Positions 49,308-59,862 of a DNA stretch of 64,000 nucleotides are shown in pieces. The notes beneath the pieces are model-generated. The model worked only from the letters and a program-made list of their open reading frames with translations, searched no databases and was not told the origin of the DNA. Origin of the DNA: Salinispira sp. (GTDB lineage Bacteria > Spirochaetota > Spirochaetia > DSM-27196 > Salinispiraceae); assembly GCA_965602015.1 (NCBI GenBank), contig OZ271918.1, positions 448,001-512,000 of the forward strand. The letters are read 5' to 3'. Made by a program: the position numbers and the translations under genes. How positions within the stretch are numbered: the first letter of the stretch is position 1; each line of letters opens with the position of its first letter.

Positions 49308-52256
49308 CTATGCCTGTTGAAGGGCTTCCGCGTAGGCTTTGAGATTTTCAAGCAGCTGAGTCACGGACTTCCCGTCTCCCGCTTTGACCGCCTGTTCAAT
49401 TTGGCCGGCTATTTCAGCCAGGTCCGTACCGCCGAAATTTAACGCGCCGCCCCGTATACTGTGGGCGCCCCGATGAAGGGTTTTCATATCCTCTGCGAGG
49501 TTCGCATCTTCCATGATTCTTATCTGTTCGGGAAGTATTTTCAGGAAGCCCCGAAGCAGTCCGACAAAGTTTATCAAATCTCCGTCGAGTTCATCCAGCA
49601 AATTGCTTCTTTCGGCTTCTTTTTCTTGATCTGAACCACGAGTGTCGATGGGTACGGGGGTCACGGTCTTGGAGAGATCAATATAGGAGCCGGCGGGTAC
49701 CTGCCGGGATATGGCTTCAAGCAGTTCCCTTCGCCTGATTGGCTTGGAGACCAAATCCTGCATTCCCGCCTCGATGCAGCGCTCCCGATCGGAGGGGTAG
49801 GCGTTGGCACTCACCCCGATAATCGGACCGCGATAACCGAGGCGGCCGCGAATTATTTGGGCGGCCTCAAGCCCGTCGGTGTTAGGCATTTGAATATCCA
49901 TGAGAATAAGGTCGAAATGTCCGGATTCAACCGCATCGATCGCCTGGTTGCCGTCTTTCGCTTCGACAACTTCCCAGCCCGCAGCGCTGAGATGGCGGGT
50001 GGTGAGTTCCAGATTCACCGCGTAGTCCTCTGCTACCAGAGCTCTGGGCATATTGCTCCACCGGGGAACAATGGTCAAATCCTTGAATCCCGGGCTTTTT
50101 TCCCGTTCGGTATCCGGGCTGCTTGCCGAAGCCTTGGCCCAATCCGATGATCGTGCAGCTTCCAGGGGCAGATCGACGGTGAAGACCGACCCTTCGCCCT
50201 GCCGGCTTTCGAAGAATATTCTGCCCTGCATTTCATCGGTCAGCCGTTTTGCGATGGCGGTGCCTAATCCGGTGCCCCCAAACCGGCGGGAAGTCGAGCT
50301 GTCGGCCTGCTCGAAGCTTTCGAAGATCTTCTCTTGCTTCGATTCGGGGATGCCGATTCCAGTGTCTTTTACCGTAAATCTCAGGCCCGAATCGTCATTT
50401 TTCAATACGGAGAATTTCACAAAGCCGATTTCCGTAAACTTGAAGGCATTGGCGATGAGATTGTCGAGGATTTGACGTATCCTCAGGCTGTCTCCGACGT
50501 AGTACCGCGGCAGGCTGTCGTCGAACTCCGAAAAGTATCTCAAGTTCTGCCTTGCCGCCAGCATATTTGCCGTGAGATTAATCGATTGGAGCATTTCATG
50601 GAAATCGAAGACCCGGGGTTCCAGCTGCAACTTGCCCGCCTCGATTTTTGAGAAGTCCAAAATGAGGTTGATGATTTCCAAAAGCCGGACAGACTCTTTA
50701 TATATAAGATCGATGTACCCTTCGAGATCGGGATCGTGATTCTGCTGATGCAGGATTTCGGAGAAACCGAGAATACCGTTCAGGGGCGTGCGGATTTCAT
50801 GACTGATATTCGCAAGGAATTGGGATTTGGCTTCATTAGCCCTCTGACTCTCTGAGAGGGCGTCGGAAAGCTCGCGGGTCCGGGTTTCAACCTCCCTGGC
50901 AAGGTTGGCCCGTATGCTTTCCTGCTTCTTTAACAATCTTTTTAATCGCCCGGAAAGCTCAAGGCTGATTTCATAACCCCGGGACATTGTCCAATGAAGA
51001 TAAATGCTGTGGCCGGTAGTTATGAGGAGGAGAAAAAGCGCGCTTAATTCCCGGTTGTTTCCCGGGAGATTGGCGCCTACGCTGTCATTAACGACCGCGA
51101 TTGTCATCAAAAGCATGCCTATGAGCATGGTTCGGGCCTTGGGCGAGCCCGCTGCCGCCGCTTGGATCATCCTCCAACTGCTGTACAGAACCACCGCAAG
51201 GGCGAAAATTTGCGCCCCCGGCAGGGTTGTCTGGAAGATATATTTCGGCGCCGCAAGGGTGAGAAGGGTGAACAGCCCGCCGGTGATTTGAATAAACGGA
51301 GATACCGCCGGCCAGGGCTCTTCAAAAAACTCGACGGTTAAGTACTCATACCCGAAAACAACGGCGGCGTAAAAACAGATGTACGCTATCCGGTATGCCA
51401 AAACGTAGGGCAGCTGAGGGAACAGCACGCTCAACAGATGGTAGCCCACCGTTGAATGACGAAGGCCGAGGGCAAAGGCGAAAATACCCAGGAGAACATA
51501 GGAGGGAAACAGCGGCTTTACGGCAAAATTGACAATGAGAAAAACCGTAATGCTGAGCATGATCAGAACCAATACCCCATCGGCTGCCAGGGCGCGTATG
51601 AGCTGCCGCTCCACCATGCTGCTGAAGCCGATGAACATTTCCTCGCGAATCCAGGGGTCCTTGTCCTGGAAATTGGAGACCTCGAAGATCAGTTCGTAGC
51701 GTCCGTTTGCCGATTCCGGCAGCTGGACGATCCGGGGGCCGAAGCCCGCGCGGCTGGCGTCCCGGGTGGTGCCTGCGCGCCCGCCGGAGGCTGCAATCCT
51801 GCCATCAATGTACAGGCGCCAGGCGCTGTGGATAACCGGAAGCATCAACGAAAATCGTTCCCCGGCCAGGGCGTTTTGAATTTCGACCGGTATTTTCACG
51901 CTGGCATAGCCCGCCCGGGGTTGGATTTGAGAAATATCGTTGGCATTGGTCCAGCGCCCCGGCACCGAGATTTGCAGGGGATTGGTTCTGGGGTCGCCGC
52001 GGCTGACAATCAGCTTTTCCGGATAAAAGGCAAAGCGTCCTTTTAATGACCGGCTATCGCCGAAATCCCGGGCGACGTCGTACACAAAAACCGGGCCGCC
52101 GCCTGCTGGGCCGCCGCCCGCCGGGGTGCCGTCCGCCGGGTGCAGCACCTGGCTTCCAGGCGGCGGGGAGGCATCGGGCAGGGTCTGGGCGCTGGGCACG
52201 GAGCAGTGCAACAGAACAAGGCAGGCTGCACCCAGGTAACGCCGCCAACTCCGCAT
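49308..52256 (-). CDS. Hybrid sensor histidine kinase (extracellular sugar-binding-like domain, ~7 TM, HisKA, HATPase, REC, Hpt)
   Basis: FLANISHEIRTPLNG, NL..NA.KFT, DTGIGI, GGTGLG, REC LILMDIQMP, Hpt AHSIRGGA. Confidence 0.93.
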   Translation of the reverse strand: MRSWRRYLGAACLVLLHCSVPSAQTLPDASPPPGSQVLHPADGTPAGGGPAGGGPVFVYDVARDFGDSRSLKGRFAFYPEKLIVSRGDPRTNPLQISVPGRWTNANDISQIQPRAGYASVKIPVEIQNALAGERFSLMLPVIHSAWRLYIDGRIAASGGRAGTTRDASRAGFGPRIVQLPESANGRYELIFEVSNFQDKDPWIREEMFIGFSSMVERQLIRALAADGVLVLIMLSITVFLIVNFAVKPLFPSYVLLGIFAFALGLRHSTVGYHLLSVLFPQLPYVLAYRIAYICFYAAVVFGYEYLTVEFFEEPWPAVSPFIQITGGLFTLLTLAAPKYIFQTTLPGAQIFALAVVLYSSWRMIQAAAAGSPKARTMLIGMLLMTIAVVNDSVGANLPGNNRELSALFLLLITTGHSIYLHWTMSRGYEISLELSGRLKRLLKKQESIRANLAREVETRTRELSDALSESQRANEAKSQFLANISHEIRTPLNGILGFSEILHQQNHDPDLEGYIDLIYKESVRLLEIINLILDFSKIEAGKLQLEPRVFDFHEMLQSINLTANMLAARQNLRYFSEFDDSLPRYYVGDSLRIRQILDNLIANAFKFTEIGFVKFSVLKNDDSGLRFTVKDTGIGIPESKQEKIFESFEQADSSTSRRFGGTGLGTAIAKRLTDEMQGRIFFESRQGEGSVFTVDLPLEAARSSDWAKASASSPDTEREKSPGFKDLTIVPRWSNMPRALVAEDYAVNLELTTRHLSAAGWEVVEAKDGNQAIDAVESGHFDLILMDIQMPNTDGLEAAQIIRGRLGYRGPIIGVSANAYPSDRERCIEAGMQDLVSKPIRRRELLEAISRQVPAGSYIDLSKTVTPVPIDTRGSDQEKEAERSNLLDELDGDLINFVGLLRGFLKILPEQIRIMEDANLAEDMKTLHRGAHSIRGGALNFGGTDLAEIAGQIEQAVKAGDGKSVTQLLENLKAYAEALQQA

Positions 52257-52258
52257 GG

Positions 52259-53368
52259 TTATGAATCCTTGCGGGCCACCCTGAACAGTTCCAGCGGCTG
52301 GGATTTATTTTTCATTTCGTGAAACCCGAGGGATTCCAGGGGGAATCGGGATTCCACTTTTTTTGCGATGTTCGCCGGCAGCAAAATGCTTCCCGCCGGC
52401 GCCAGGTTCTCAATGCGGGCTGCGGTGTTGACCACATCTCCGATGACCGTAAAGTCCATGCGTCCGAGCTCGGGACTTCCGTAATTACCGCTCAGCATCT
52501 CTCCGGAGTTAATTCCCGCGGAAATTCCCGGATAGTTGAAGCCGGGGAAGATTTCCTTCTCTGACCAGTGTTTGAGGTTGTCCTGTATTTCGAGGATCGC
52601 TTCAATGGCCTGGTGAGCGTGATCTCCGTCGCGAAAGATCACCATTGCAGCGTCGCCGATGAATTTGTCGATGGTTCCGCCGTATTTCGTAATGGTTCTG
52701 GCGATTTCATCGAAGTAGGTGTTCAGAAGCTGGGCGATAAGGTCTGGCTGAAGTTCTTCGCTGAGACGGGTGAAGCCGCAAATGTCGATAAAACAGACCG
52801 TTGCCTCGACCCGTTCGCTGAACTGGGTGAAGCTGTCGGTTCCGCCGCTGTCTTCCAGGGCATCCTGGGCGGCTTTGAGGTCGTGGCTGAGCTTTTTCGC
52901 CGTATCGTTGAGTACGGTGAACACCGACGGATTCACGTACATCTTGAGGAGATTGTTCTCCTTGATGGTTCTCAGGCTTTCCTTGATGTCGCTGACAAAG
53001 CGCAGGGTTTTGTCCATTGTCGCCCGCAGATCGTCGAAATCGATGGGCTTGGTGATAAAATCGAAGGCTCCGCGGTTCATGGATGCCCGGATGTTCTCAA
53101 GATCGCCGTATGCGGAAATCATGATGGTTTTTACCACCGGATTTATCTCCTGCACATGGTTAAGCAGGGTCAGCCCGTCCATCCGGGGCATGTTTATATC
53201 GGTAATGACGATTTCGATGTCCCGGTGTTCCTTCAAGGTATCTATGGCTTCCTGCCCGTCGCGGGCGAATAGAAAGCTGTATTCCTCATTGCGGATTTCA
53301 CGACGGAACCGTTGACTGATGAGGCGCTCGACGCTTTCCTCGTCATCAACCACTAAGAATTTATGCAT
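52259..53368 (-). CDS. Response-regulator-controlled class III adenylate cyclase (REC-AC)
   Basis: REC (VVDDE, TDINMP, KP) plus FIDICGFT, DKFIGD, FTVIGDVVNTAARIE. Confidence 0.92.
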   Translation of the reverse strand: MHKFLVVDDEESVERLISQRFRREIRNEEYSFLFARDGQEAIDTLKEHRDIEIVITDINMPRMDGLTLLNHVQEINPVVKTIMISAYGDLENIRASMNRGAFDFITKPIDFDDLRATMDKTLRFVSDIKESLRTIKENNLLKMYVNPSVFTVLNDTAKKLSHDLKAAQDALEDSGGTDSFTQFSERVEATVCFIDICGFTRLSEELQPDLIAQLLNTYFDEIARTITKYGGTIDKFIGDAAMVIFRDGDHAHQAIEAILEIQDNLKHWSEKEIFPGFNYPGISAGINSGEMLSGNYGSPELGRMDFTVIGDVVNTAARIENLAPAGSILLPANIAKKVESRFPLESLGFHEMKNKSQPLELFRVARKDS

Positions 53369-53750
53369 CGCTGTCTTCCAGTTGAAGTATTTTTTTTAAA
53401 CTCAGGAAATCCAGGGGTTTGGGAATAAATCCGTTGGCCCCCAGCTCCGTGCTCTGCCGGGAATACTGCTCGTTCTCATAGGCGCTGATCATATAAATAG
53501 GAATTTCAGCGTCTATTTCCCGAAGTTTTCGCAGCAGTTCGAGACCGCTCATCCCCGGCATATTGATGTCTGATAATATCATAACCACCTTGGCATTTGA
53601 AGCGGTAAATATCTCCAATGCCTGGTCGCCGTCGGCGGCAAAGAGCAGCGAAAGCTTTCCGCTGCGAAGTTCCCTTCGGAACCGCTGCTGAAACAGCCGG
53701 ACGATTGCCGGCTCATCATCTACGACCAGAATTTCCATTGCGTGTTCCAT
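53361..53750 (-). CDS. Single-domain response regulator
   Basis: VVDDE, SDINMPGMSG, ISAY, KP. Confidence 0.93.
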   Translation of the reverse strand: MEHAMEILVVDDEPAIVRLFQQRFRRELRSGKLSLLFAADGDQALEIFTASNAKVVMILSDINMPGMSGLELLRKLREIDAEIPIYMISAYENEQYSRQSTELGANGFIPKPLDFLSLKKILQLEDSDA

Positions 53751-53759
53751 GCTTGTATC

Positions 53760-55223
53760 CTATTTAACCGAACGGACGGGAAGGGTGATAATAAACCGGG
53801 CGAACTCGCCTTCAATACTTTCGACTTCCATATGCCCGCCGTGCTCGTCCCGGATTATCTCGAAAGAAATGGACAGTCCCAAGCCCGTCCCCTTTCCCGT
53901 CGGTTTGGTGGTGAAAAACGGCGTAAATATTTTGTCCTGAATATCCTGGGGAATTCCCGAGCCGTTGTCTTCAATGGTGATTCGAACATGATCTTCGTCG
54001 GCCATTGCGGAGCTTATGGCCAGCCGTGGCAGGGCCTGGGGTTCTTCCCCTTCGATGTAGCGCTGATATGCGGAATAGAAACCGTTATTCATAAGGTTCA
54101 GCAGCACCCGGGACAGATCCGGACGGATCATGTCTATGTCGGGGAGGTTTTCCCCGGTGTTCAGGTCGATATCACAGCGGAAATTCTGATCCTGGGCCCG
54201 CATGCCGTGGAATGCAAGGTGGACGCACTCCTCTATGAGCACGTTGACGCTCTCGTGCGAGTAATTATTGCTCCCGCCGCGGGAGTGCATGAGCATATTT
54301 TTTACTATGCGGTCGCCCCGCTTGCCGTGCTCGTTGATATCCTTCATGTTTTTCTCGAGCTCATCCAGCAGGTATTCCACATCTTCCCGGTCATCATCGC
54401 TGAATGAGCCGACCACCTTCGCCAGGTGGCCCTTGAGCTCGTCCATCAGGTCTACCGACGATTCGCTGAAATTCGTTACGAAGTTCAGGGGGTTTTTTAT
54501 TTCATGGGCGATGCCCGCGGTCAGGGCGCCGAGGCTCGCCATTTTTTCCTGAACGATAATCTTCTTCTGAGCGGCCTGCAGGGCTTCCAGTGCGGCCTCG
54601 GCCTTTTGCTGCAGTTCGGTTGCCCTGTGCTTTTCGGATCTTTCGGTCTCCCGGCTTTCATGGAGGTTCTGCACCAGCCGTTCCAGCTGGAGGCGGTAGA
54701 AAACGATCATATAATTGAGGCCGATTATTGCCAGGGTAAAGAAGACCATCCGGTACTTTATGAGATTGTCCCCGTACATAATGACGAAGTATCCAATGAA
54801 CAGCAGGGCAGCCAGCGAGACGATTATTGAGACATACTTTGAAACCACGAAGCCCGCAAGGGCGATGAAGGTCACCGAAAGTACCAATGATGTGTAAATC
54901 TGGGTTTCAAATAGCTCGGGTTGATTGTAGACCCGCAAAATTTCGCTCAGGAAGGTGTACATGGCGGCATACATGACCATCCCGATGGCGTTATTTCTGT
55001 CAATTTTTCCGGAAGTTACCAAAATATAGCTGAGGATGAGAAGGGCGAGGGTAATGCTGTTGTTGACCACCGAAAGAAGCTGACCTGCTCTGGCGTCAAC
55101 CACGGTACCGAATAGGGCGCCGGCGCCGATTATGAGCAGCCCGCCGTAGTAAAGGATCGGGGATATTTCAAAGGCTTCCTGCAACAACATGGATTTATTT
55201 TTCGATGGCTTATTCATTGACAC
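53760..55223 (-). CDS. Membrane sensor histidine kinase
   Basis: Multi-TM N-terminus, EKMASLG.LTAGIAHEIKNPLN, N box, DNGSGI, PFFTTK..G.GTGLGL. Confidence 0.93.
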   Translation of the reverse strand: MSMNKPSKNKSMLLQEAFEISPILYYGGLLIIGAGALFGTVVDARAGQLLSVVNNSITLALLILSYILVTSGKIDRNNAIGMVMYAAMYTFLSEILRVYNQPELFETQIYTSLVLSVTFIALAGFVVSKYVSIIVSLAALLFIGYFVIMYGDNLIKYRMVFFTLAIIGLNYMIVFYRLQLERLVQNLHESRETERSEKHRATELQQKAEAALEALQAAQKKIIVQEKMASLGALTAGIAHEIKNPLNFVTNFSESSVDLMDELKGHLAKVVGSFSDDDREDVEYLLDELEKNMKDINEHGKRGDRIVKNMLMHSRGGSNNYSHESVNVLIEECVHLAFHGMRAQDQNFRCDIDLNTGENLPDIDMIRPDLSRVLLNLMNNGFYSAYQRYIEGEEPQALPRLAISSAMADEDHVRITIEDNGSGIPQDIQDKIFTPFFTTKPTGKGTGLGLSISFEIIRDEHGGHMEVESIEGEFARFIITLPVRSVK

Positions 55224-55332
55224 TCCGGGGTGATTTGATAGCTTTCCGCCTCTGTATAGTCTCGGTCATGAACGCAAGAAAGTGAAGCCGCGGCCGAAAA
55301 AACCCCCAGGCCGACTAATGCTGTGACCGGTT

Positions 55333-56301
55333 TTAATAACCTTTTTCCGGGTCTATGGGATCCGGCGCCCTTCCTTCCAAAAGGGACTTCAAAAGTTCCC
55401 CGATGTGCTCCATCCGTAGCCTTTGCACTTCGGGGTTCGGCCACTCGCCCCCGATGTGCGGTGAGAGAACGACGTTGTCCAGTTCCCAAAACGGCTGCTC
55501 CGCCGGAAGGGTGTCACCCGAGCGGCCTTCCCCCCGGGGATACCGGTACCACACATCAAGGCCCGCGGCCTGAAGTTTTCCCCCCGCAAGGGACGCAAAA
55601 AGGGCCTTTTCGGAAAACACCCGGCCGCGGCCCACGTTCACCACAATGGCGCTCGATTTCATCAGCGAGAGCCGGCGGCTGTCCATGAGCTCTTCGGTCT
55701 CGGGGGTCAGCGGAAGGGTGTTGATAAGCACGTCGCACTCGGGGAGCAGATTATCGAGCTCGCTTATTGGGTGCACCTCTCTTCGGTCTCCGGCGCTCCT
55801 CCGCACCGCGGAAAACTCCATCCCCAGGGCCTTGAGCACCGGCTCGAGCTCCCGGGAAATAGCGCCGTACCCGAGCAGCAGGACTTTTTTACCCCGGAGA
55901 ATCGTCGTGGGCATGTGATAACTGCCGTCCCAGTCGCCGCTGCGCAATTGGCGGTCCCGCAGGGCAATAAGCCTGGCTGCCGCCAAAAGCAAACCGAGAG
56001 CCATTTCGGCTACCGGTACCGCATTGTGGTGGATATTGTACATGGGCAGCCAGGGACGCTGGCGGATCAGTTCGACGGTGGCTTTTGGCGGCCCCACCCA
56101 GGGAATAATCAAGCCCCTGAGCTCCCGGTGATCATCGAGAAACTCAGCCGATGGCCTGCCGGCCACCAAATAATCTACATCGCGAACCCCGGTCTTGGTG
56201 CCCGCCTCGTCTTCCCAACTGATTTTATGGGATTCGCCTATCAGCGACTGGAGAATTTTTACGTCGGTCTCGTCGAGTTTTGATTCAAAATGGATATTCA
56301 T
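55333..56301 (-). CDS. D-isomer specific 2-hydroxyacid dehydrogenase family protein
   Basis: VAE, G.GAI, LPLTPET, VNVGRG, LDVW, SPH.GG. Confidence 0.92.
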   Translation of the reverse strand: MNIHFESKLDETDVKILQSLIGESHKISWEDEAGTKTGVRDVDYLVAGRPSAEFLDDHRELRGLIIPWVGPPKATVELIRQRPWLPMYNIHHNAVPVAEMALGLLLAAARLIALRDRQLRSGDWDGSYHMPTTILRGKKVLLLGYGAISRELEPVLKALGMEFSAVRRSAGDRREVHPISELDNLLPECDVLINTLPLTPETEELMDSRRLSLMKSSAIVVNVGRGRVFSEKALFASLAGGKLQAAGLDVWYRYPRGEGRSGDTLPAEQPFWELDNVVLSPHIGGEWPNPEVQRLRMEHIGELLKSLLEGRAPDPIDPEKGY

Positions 56302-56393
56302 AGTTTCCCATTATAACAGTAGCTGCACAGGGTGATGGACGACGGCGGTAGTAAATATCTATCTTTCACTCAAAGAGAAAAAAGGAGAAATTT

Positions 56394-57560
56394 ATGAATA
56401 ATGGGCTGGTTAAGGCGGCTGTTTACGGAACTCTGGTTTCCGATGCCTCGGGCATGGGGCTGCACTGGATATATTCCCAGGGCAAAATTGCCTCGGTGGT
56501 AAAAAAACACGGGGGCGAGCCGGAGTTTTTCGAACCCGATGAAGAAAATTACCAGGGGGTGCCCTCATTTTTCGCCCATCCTACCCGGAGCGCCGGCGAC
56601 GGTTCGAACTACAGCGAGTATCTGTATATTCTTTTCAAGTCCATTAAAGACGGCGAGTTCTCAGTCGGCCGATACATCAGGAATTTTGCCGAGTATTTCG
56701 GGGTAGGTGGCGCGTACGTAGGGTACGCCGACGGACCCATGCGCGAGACGGTTTTTAACATTACGAACATGGCTAAGAACATAGATAAAAAGGTAAAGGG
56801 GCTCACATCGAGTCTGGATGAGAAAAAACTCGCCGCAGTTGCCCACTACATAAGCCGTTACTTCTTCGAGTATGAGCCCGACGAACTAAAATCCGTGGTA
56901 AAAGGACCCTTGAAACTCCAGGAGTTCAGCAAAGATGAGCTGGCAGAAGTTGATTCCCTGGTGGACCAGGTGGCGGATCTCGCCGGAAGCATCGGTCCCG
57001 ATGATGATCAAATGCCTGCCCTCAGCCGGTCTGCCCTATTACCCATGCTGTACTCCGGGAGTGAACTCGACTCCGTTGTGGAAAAAGCCGTGCGAATCAC
57101 CAACAATAATGACGATGCGGTGGCGTATTCTGTGTTTATGGCGCGAATTTTGGCAGAACTTTATGAACAGGGCAGCCCGGCAGCGGAAGATGTTTCGTCG
57201 GTCGTTCATACCCTGGTAAAAAAACATAGTGATGTGCTAAGCGACAAAGGCCGGGAGCTGATTACCAAGGCGCTTGAATATCCCGAACTTGACTACCGGG
57301 CTGCGACGAAATCATTCGGTGCGGCCTGTCATGTTCACATGGCAGTTCCCCTCTCCGTTCATATTTTGGCAAACACTTCGAGTTTTATCGAGGCGAACCG
57401 GGTCAACATATTGGCCAGCGGGGACAACTGCGGCCGGTCAATCTTTCTCGGCGCTATGGCGGGCGCTCTGTACGGCATAGGGGGAGATGCGGGCATCCCC
57501 CAGGAGTGGATTGACCGCACCCGAATGATTTCACGGATCAATGATTTCTCGGTGCTCTGA
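56394..57560 (+). CDS. ADP-ribosylglycohydrolase family protein
   Basis: G.LV.DA..MGLHWIY, DDQ, R.T.N, R.NIL..GDNCGR....GA..GA......GIP.EW. AAGGAG RBS. Confidence 0.85.
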   Translation: MNNGLVKAAVYGTLVSDASGMGLHWIYSQGKIASVVKKHGGEPEFFEPDEENYQGVPSFFAHPTRSAGDGSNYSEYLYILFKSIKDGEFSVGRYIRNFAEYFGVGGAYVGYADGPMRETVFNITNMAKNIDKKVKGLTSSLDEKKLAAVAHYISRYFFEYEPDELKSVVKGPLKLQEFSKDELAEVDSLVDQVADLAGSIGPDDDQMPALSRSALLPMLYSGSELDSVVEKAVRITNNNDDAVAYSVFMARILAELYEQGSPAAEDVSSVVHTLVKKHSDVLSDKGRELITKALEYPELDYRAATKSFGAACHVHMAVPLSVHILANTSSFIEANRVNILASGDNCGRSIFLGAMAGALYGIGGDAGIPQEWIDRTRMISRINDFSVL

Positions 57561-57682
57561 GATAGCCGCGGAGTATGGCGCGGCTCTCGGCAATGCGCAC
57601 GCCGGAAGTATAGCGCGGCACCAGGCGCAGACCGCGCAGAGAATACCCCGGTTTATATTGAATAGTAATTCACTCAAATATG

Positions 57683-57711
57683 TTGCGGCGATCATGTTCC
57701 GGGGTTACACT
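57683..57711 (+). promoter_or_regulatory. Possible sigma70 promoter of hppA
   Basis: TTGCGG (57683-57688), 17 bp, TACACT (57706-57711). Confidence 0.5.
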
Positions 57712-57781
57712 GTCTGCCTTAAAAAATACACAGTAGCATAAGGCCGCAGGGGCCAACCCGGCGGCCGTTCAAGGAGAATCT

Positions 57782-59860
57782 ATGTCATTGGTGAACATCG
57801 GCTTGCTCGCATTGCTGGCCGGTTCAGTGTTGGCTCTGGGCTATGCCCTCAACCGAAGCCGATGGGTTTTTAAGCAGCCCGTCGAAAGTGAACGGCTGAT
57901 CCGCATCAGCGGATACGTTTCTGACGGCGCCATGGCCTTTCTTACCAGAGAGTTTTCCGTGCTTTTGCCCTTCGTCATCATCGTCGCGGTTTTTCTCGCG
58001 GTTTCAAACCGGGGAATTCTCCGTTTCCAGGCCCTCAGTTTTGTTCTCGGCGCCGGCGCCAGCGCACTGGCGGGTTTTATCGGCATGAAGGTCGCTACCG
58101 CTGCCAACAGCCGAACTACACACGCGGCCCGGGAAGGTATTAATCCAGCTCTCAAAGTAAGTTTTACCGGCGGAAGCATAATGGGCATGTCGGTGGTTGG
58201 CCTGGCCATGTCGGGCATCCTTATTATCCTCTTCGTCGCCGGGTTTTTTGTTGAGTTTTCCATTTCGAACTTCGCCGACAATATCCTGCAGATTGTGTCG
58301 GGATTCAGCCTGGGCGCCAGCTCAATGGCACTGTTTGCCAGGGTAGGCGGGGGTATTTTCACCAAAGCGGCTGATGTGGGAGCTGACCTGGTAGGAAAGG
58401 TCGAAGCCGGCATACCCGAGGACGACCACCGAAACCCCGCCACCATTGCCGACAACGTCGGGGACAATGTTGGAGACGTGGCCGGAATGGGAGCTGACCT
58501 TTTCGAATCCTACGTGGGTTCAATTGTCGGAGCCATGATTCTCGGCGCCGCTACCATCGGCAGCGATGTCATCCGATTCCGCCTGGCCATTTTTCCCCTG
58601 ATTCTCGCCTCCCTCGGGGTCCTTGCAAGCCTTATCGGCATACGCTTCGTCCGGATTCGAAAGGGCAAGAGCCCCCAGAAGGCGCTAAACACCGGAACCT
58701 TCGTGGCCGCCGCCGTGTCTGCGGTGTTTACCTTTATTGCCGCCTATTTCATGCTCGGTTCCAGCGGAGCGGAAACCGGTTTCGGATACATCCACATCTT
58801 TGTGTCCGCCGTATTGGGAATGGCAGCGGGAATCGGGCTCGGCCTGTTAACCGAGTACTACACCGGCACCGGAACCCGTCCGGTTAAGCAGATCGTCAAG
58901 GCCTGCGAAACCGGTCCGGCTACCACCCTGATAACCGGAATGGGCGTGGGAATGGCCTCGAGCTTCCTGCCCATCATCGTCATCGTCATCGCCATCATCC
59001 TGGGAAACCTCATGGCCGGTCTGTACGGAGTGGCCATCGCCGCCCTGGGCATGCTTATGACCCTGGGCATCCAGCTTGCCGTTGACGCCTACGGCCCCAT
59101 AGCGGACAACGCCGGCGGTCTGGCTGAAATGAGCGAGTTTCCCCCGGAAGTGCGGGAGGTCACCGACGAACTCGACGCAGTGGGTAATACCACCGCCGCC
59201 ATCGGAAAGGGTTTTGCCATCGGATCGGCGGCCCTCACCTCGGTAATCCTTTTCTCCGCATTCCAGAAGCAGGTGGGCCTTCCCCTGGATCAAATCCAGC
59301 TCCTGGACATTCCCGTGCTGACAGGACTTTTGCTCGGTGCGGTTATTCCCTACCTGTTCAGCTCCATGGCCATGAACGCCATTGGCGACGCGGCCTTCGC
59401 AATGATTGAAGAGGTTCGCCGGCAGTTCCGGGAAAAACCCGGAATACTCACCGAACAGGAAGAGCCGGATTATAAAAAATGCGTCGACATTTCAACCAGT
59501 TCGGCTTTGAAGAAAATGATCGTCCCCGGCGTCATCGCCACGGTAACGCCCCTGCTGGTGGGTTTTCTCGGCGGCGTGCAGATGCTCATGGGAGTGCTCA
59601 TAGGCGTAACCGCCAGCGGTGTGGTTCTGGCAATTTTCATGGCCAATTCCGGCGGCGCGTGGGATAATGCAAAGAAGATGATCGAGGCGGGAGACAGCCA
59701 CGGAAAGGGAAGTGATGCCCACAAGGCCGCAGTGGTCGGCGACACCGTCGGCGATCCCTTCAAAGATACCGCCGGCCCGAGTCTGAACATCCTGATCAAG
59801 CTTATGGCCGTGGTTTCCCTGGTCATCGCGCCAATACTAAAGAACTTCTGGGGGATTTGA
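57782..59860 (+). CDS. hppA: Membrane pyrophosphatase, K+-dependent, probably Na+-translocating
   Basis: [71 protein letters not shown]. Confidence 0.96.
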   Translation: MSLVNIGLLALLAGSVLALGYALNRSRWVFKQPVESERLIRISGYVSDGAMAFLTREFSVLLPFVIIVAVFLAVSNRGILRFQALSFVLGAGASALAGFIGMKVATAANSRTTHAAREGINPALKVSFTGGSIMGMSVVGLAMSGILIILFVAGFFVEFSISNFADNILQIVSGFSLGASSMALFARVGGGIFTKAADVGADLVGKVEAGIPEDDHRNPATIADNVGDNVGDVAGMGADLFESYVGSIVGAMILGAATIGSDVIRFRLAIFPLILASLGVLASLIGIRFVRIRKGKSPQKALNTGTFVAAAVSAVFTFIAAYFMLGSSGAETGFGYIHIFVSAVLGMAAGIGLGLLTEYYTGTGTRPVKQIVKACETGPATTLITGMGVGMASSFLPIIVIVIAIILGNLMAGLYGVAIAALGMLMTLGIQLAVDAYGPIADNAGGLAEMSEFPPEVREVTDELDAVGNTTAAIGKGFAIGSAALTSVILFSAFQKQVGLPLDQIQLLDIPVLTGLLLGAVIPYLFSSMAMNAIGDAAFAMIEEVRRQFREKPGILTEQEEPDYKKCVDISTSSALKKMIVPGVIATVTPLLVGFLGGVQMLMGVLIGVTASGVVLAIFMANSGGAWDNAKKMIEAGDSHGKGSDAHKAAVVGDTVGDPFKDTAGPSLNILIKLMAVVSLVIAPILKNFWGI

Positions 59861-59862
59861 GA

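Noticed and set aside
6047..53368. Four nucleotide cyclases (c-di-AMP, two cAMP, c-di-GMP) as one signalling or CBASS/Pycsar-like system
   Set aside because: They are dispersed in unrelated operons, carry ordinary sensory domains and have no adjacent cyclic-nucleotide effector genes.
57699..57766. Na+ riboswitch or pseudoknot upstream of hppA (actgt/acagt, gcctta/taaggc)
   Set aside because: The stems are only 5-6 bp, the 5' strands overlap the predicted -10 box and so may not be transcribed, and I cannot match a riboswitch consensus by eye. An Rfam scan would settle it.
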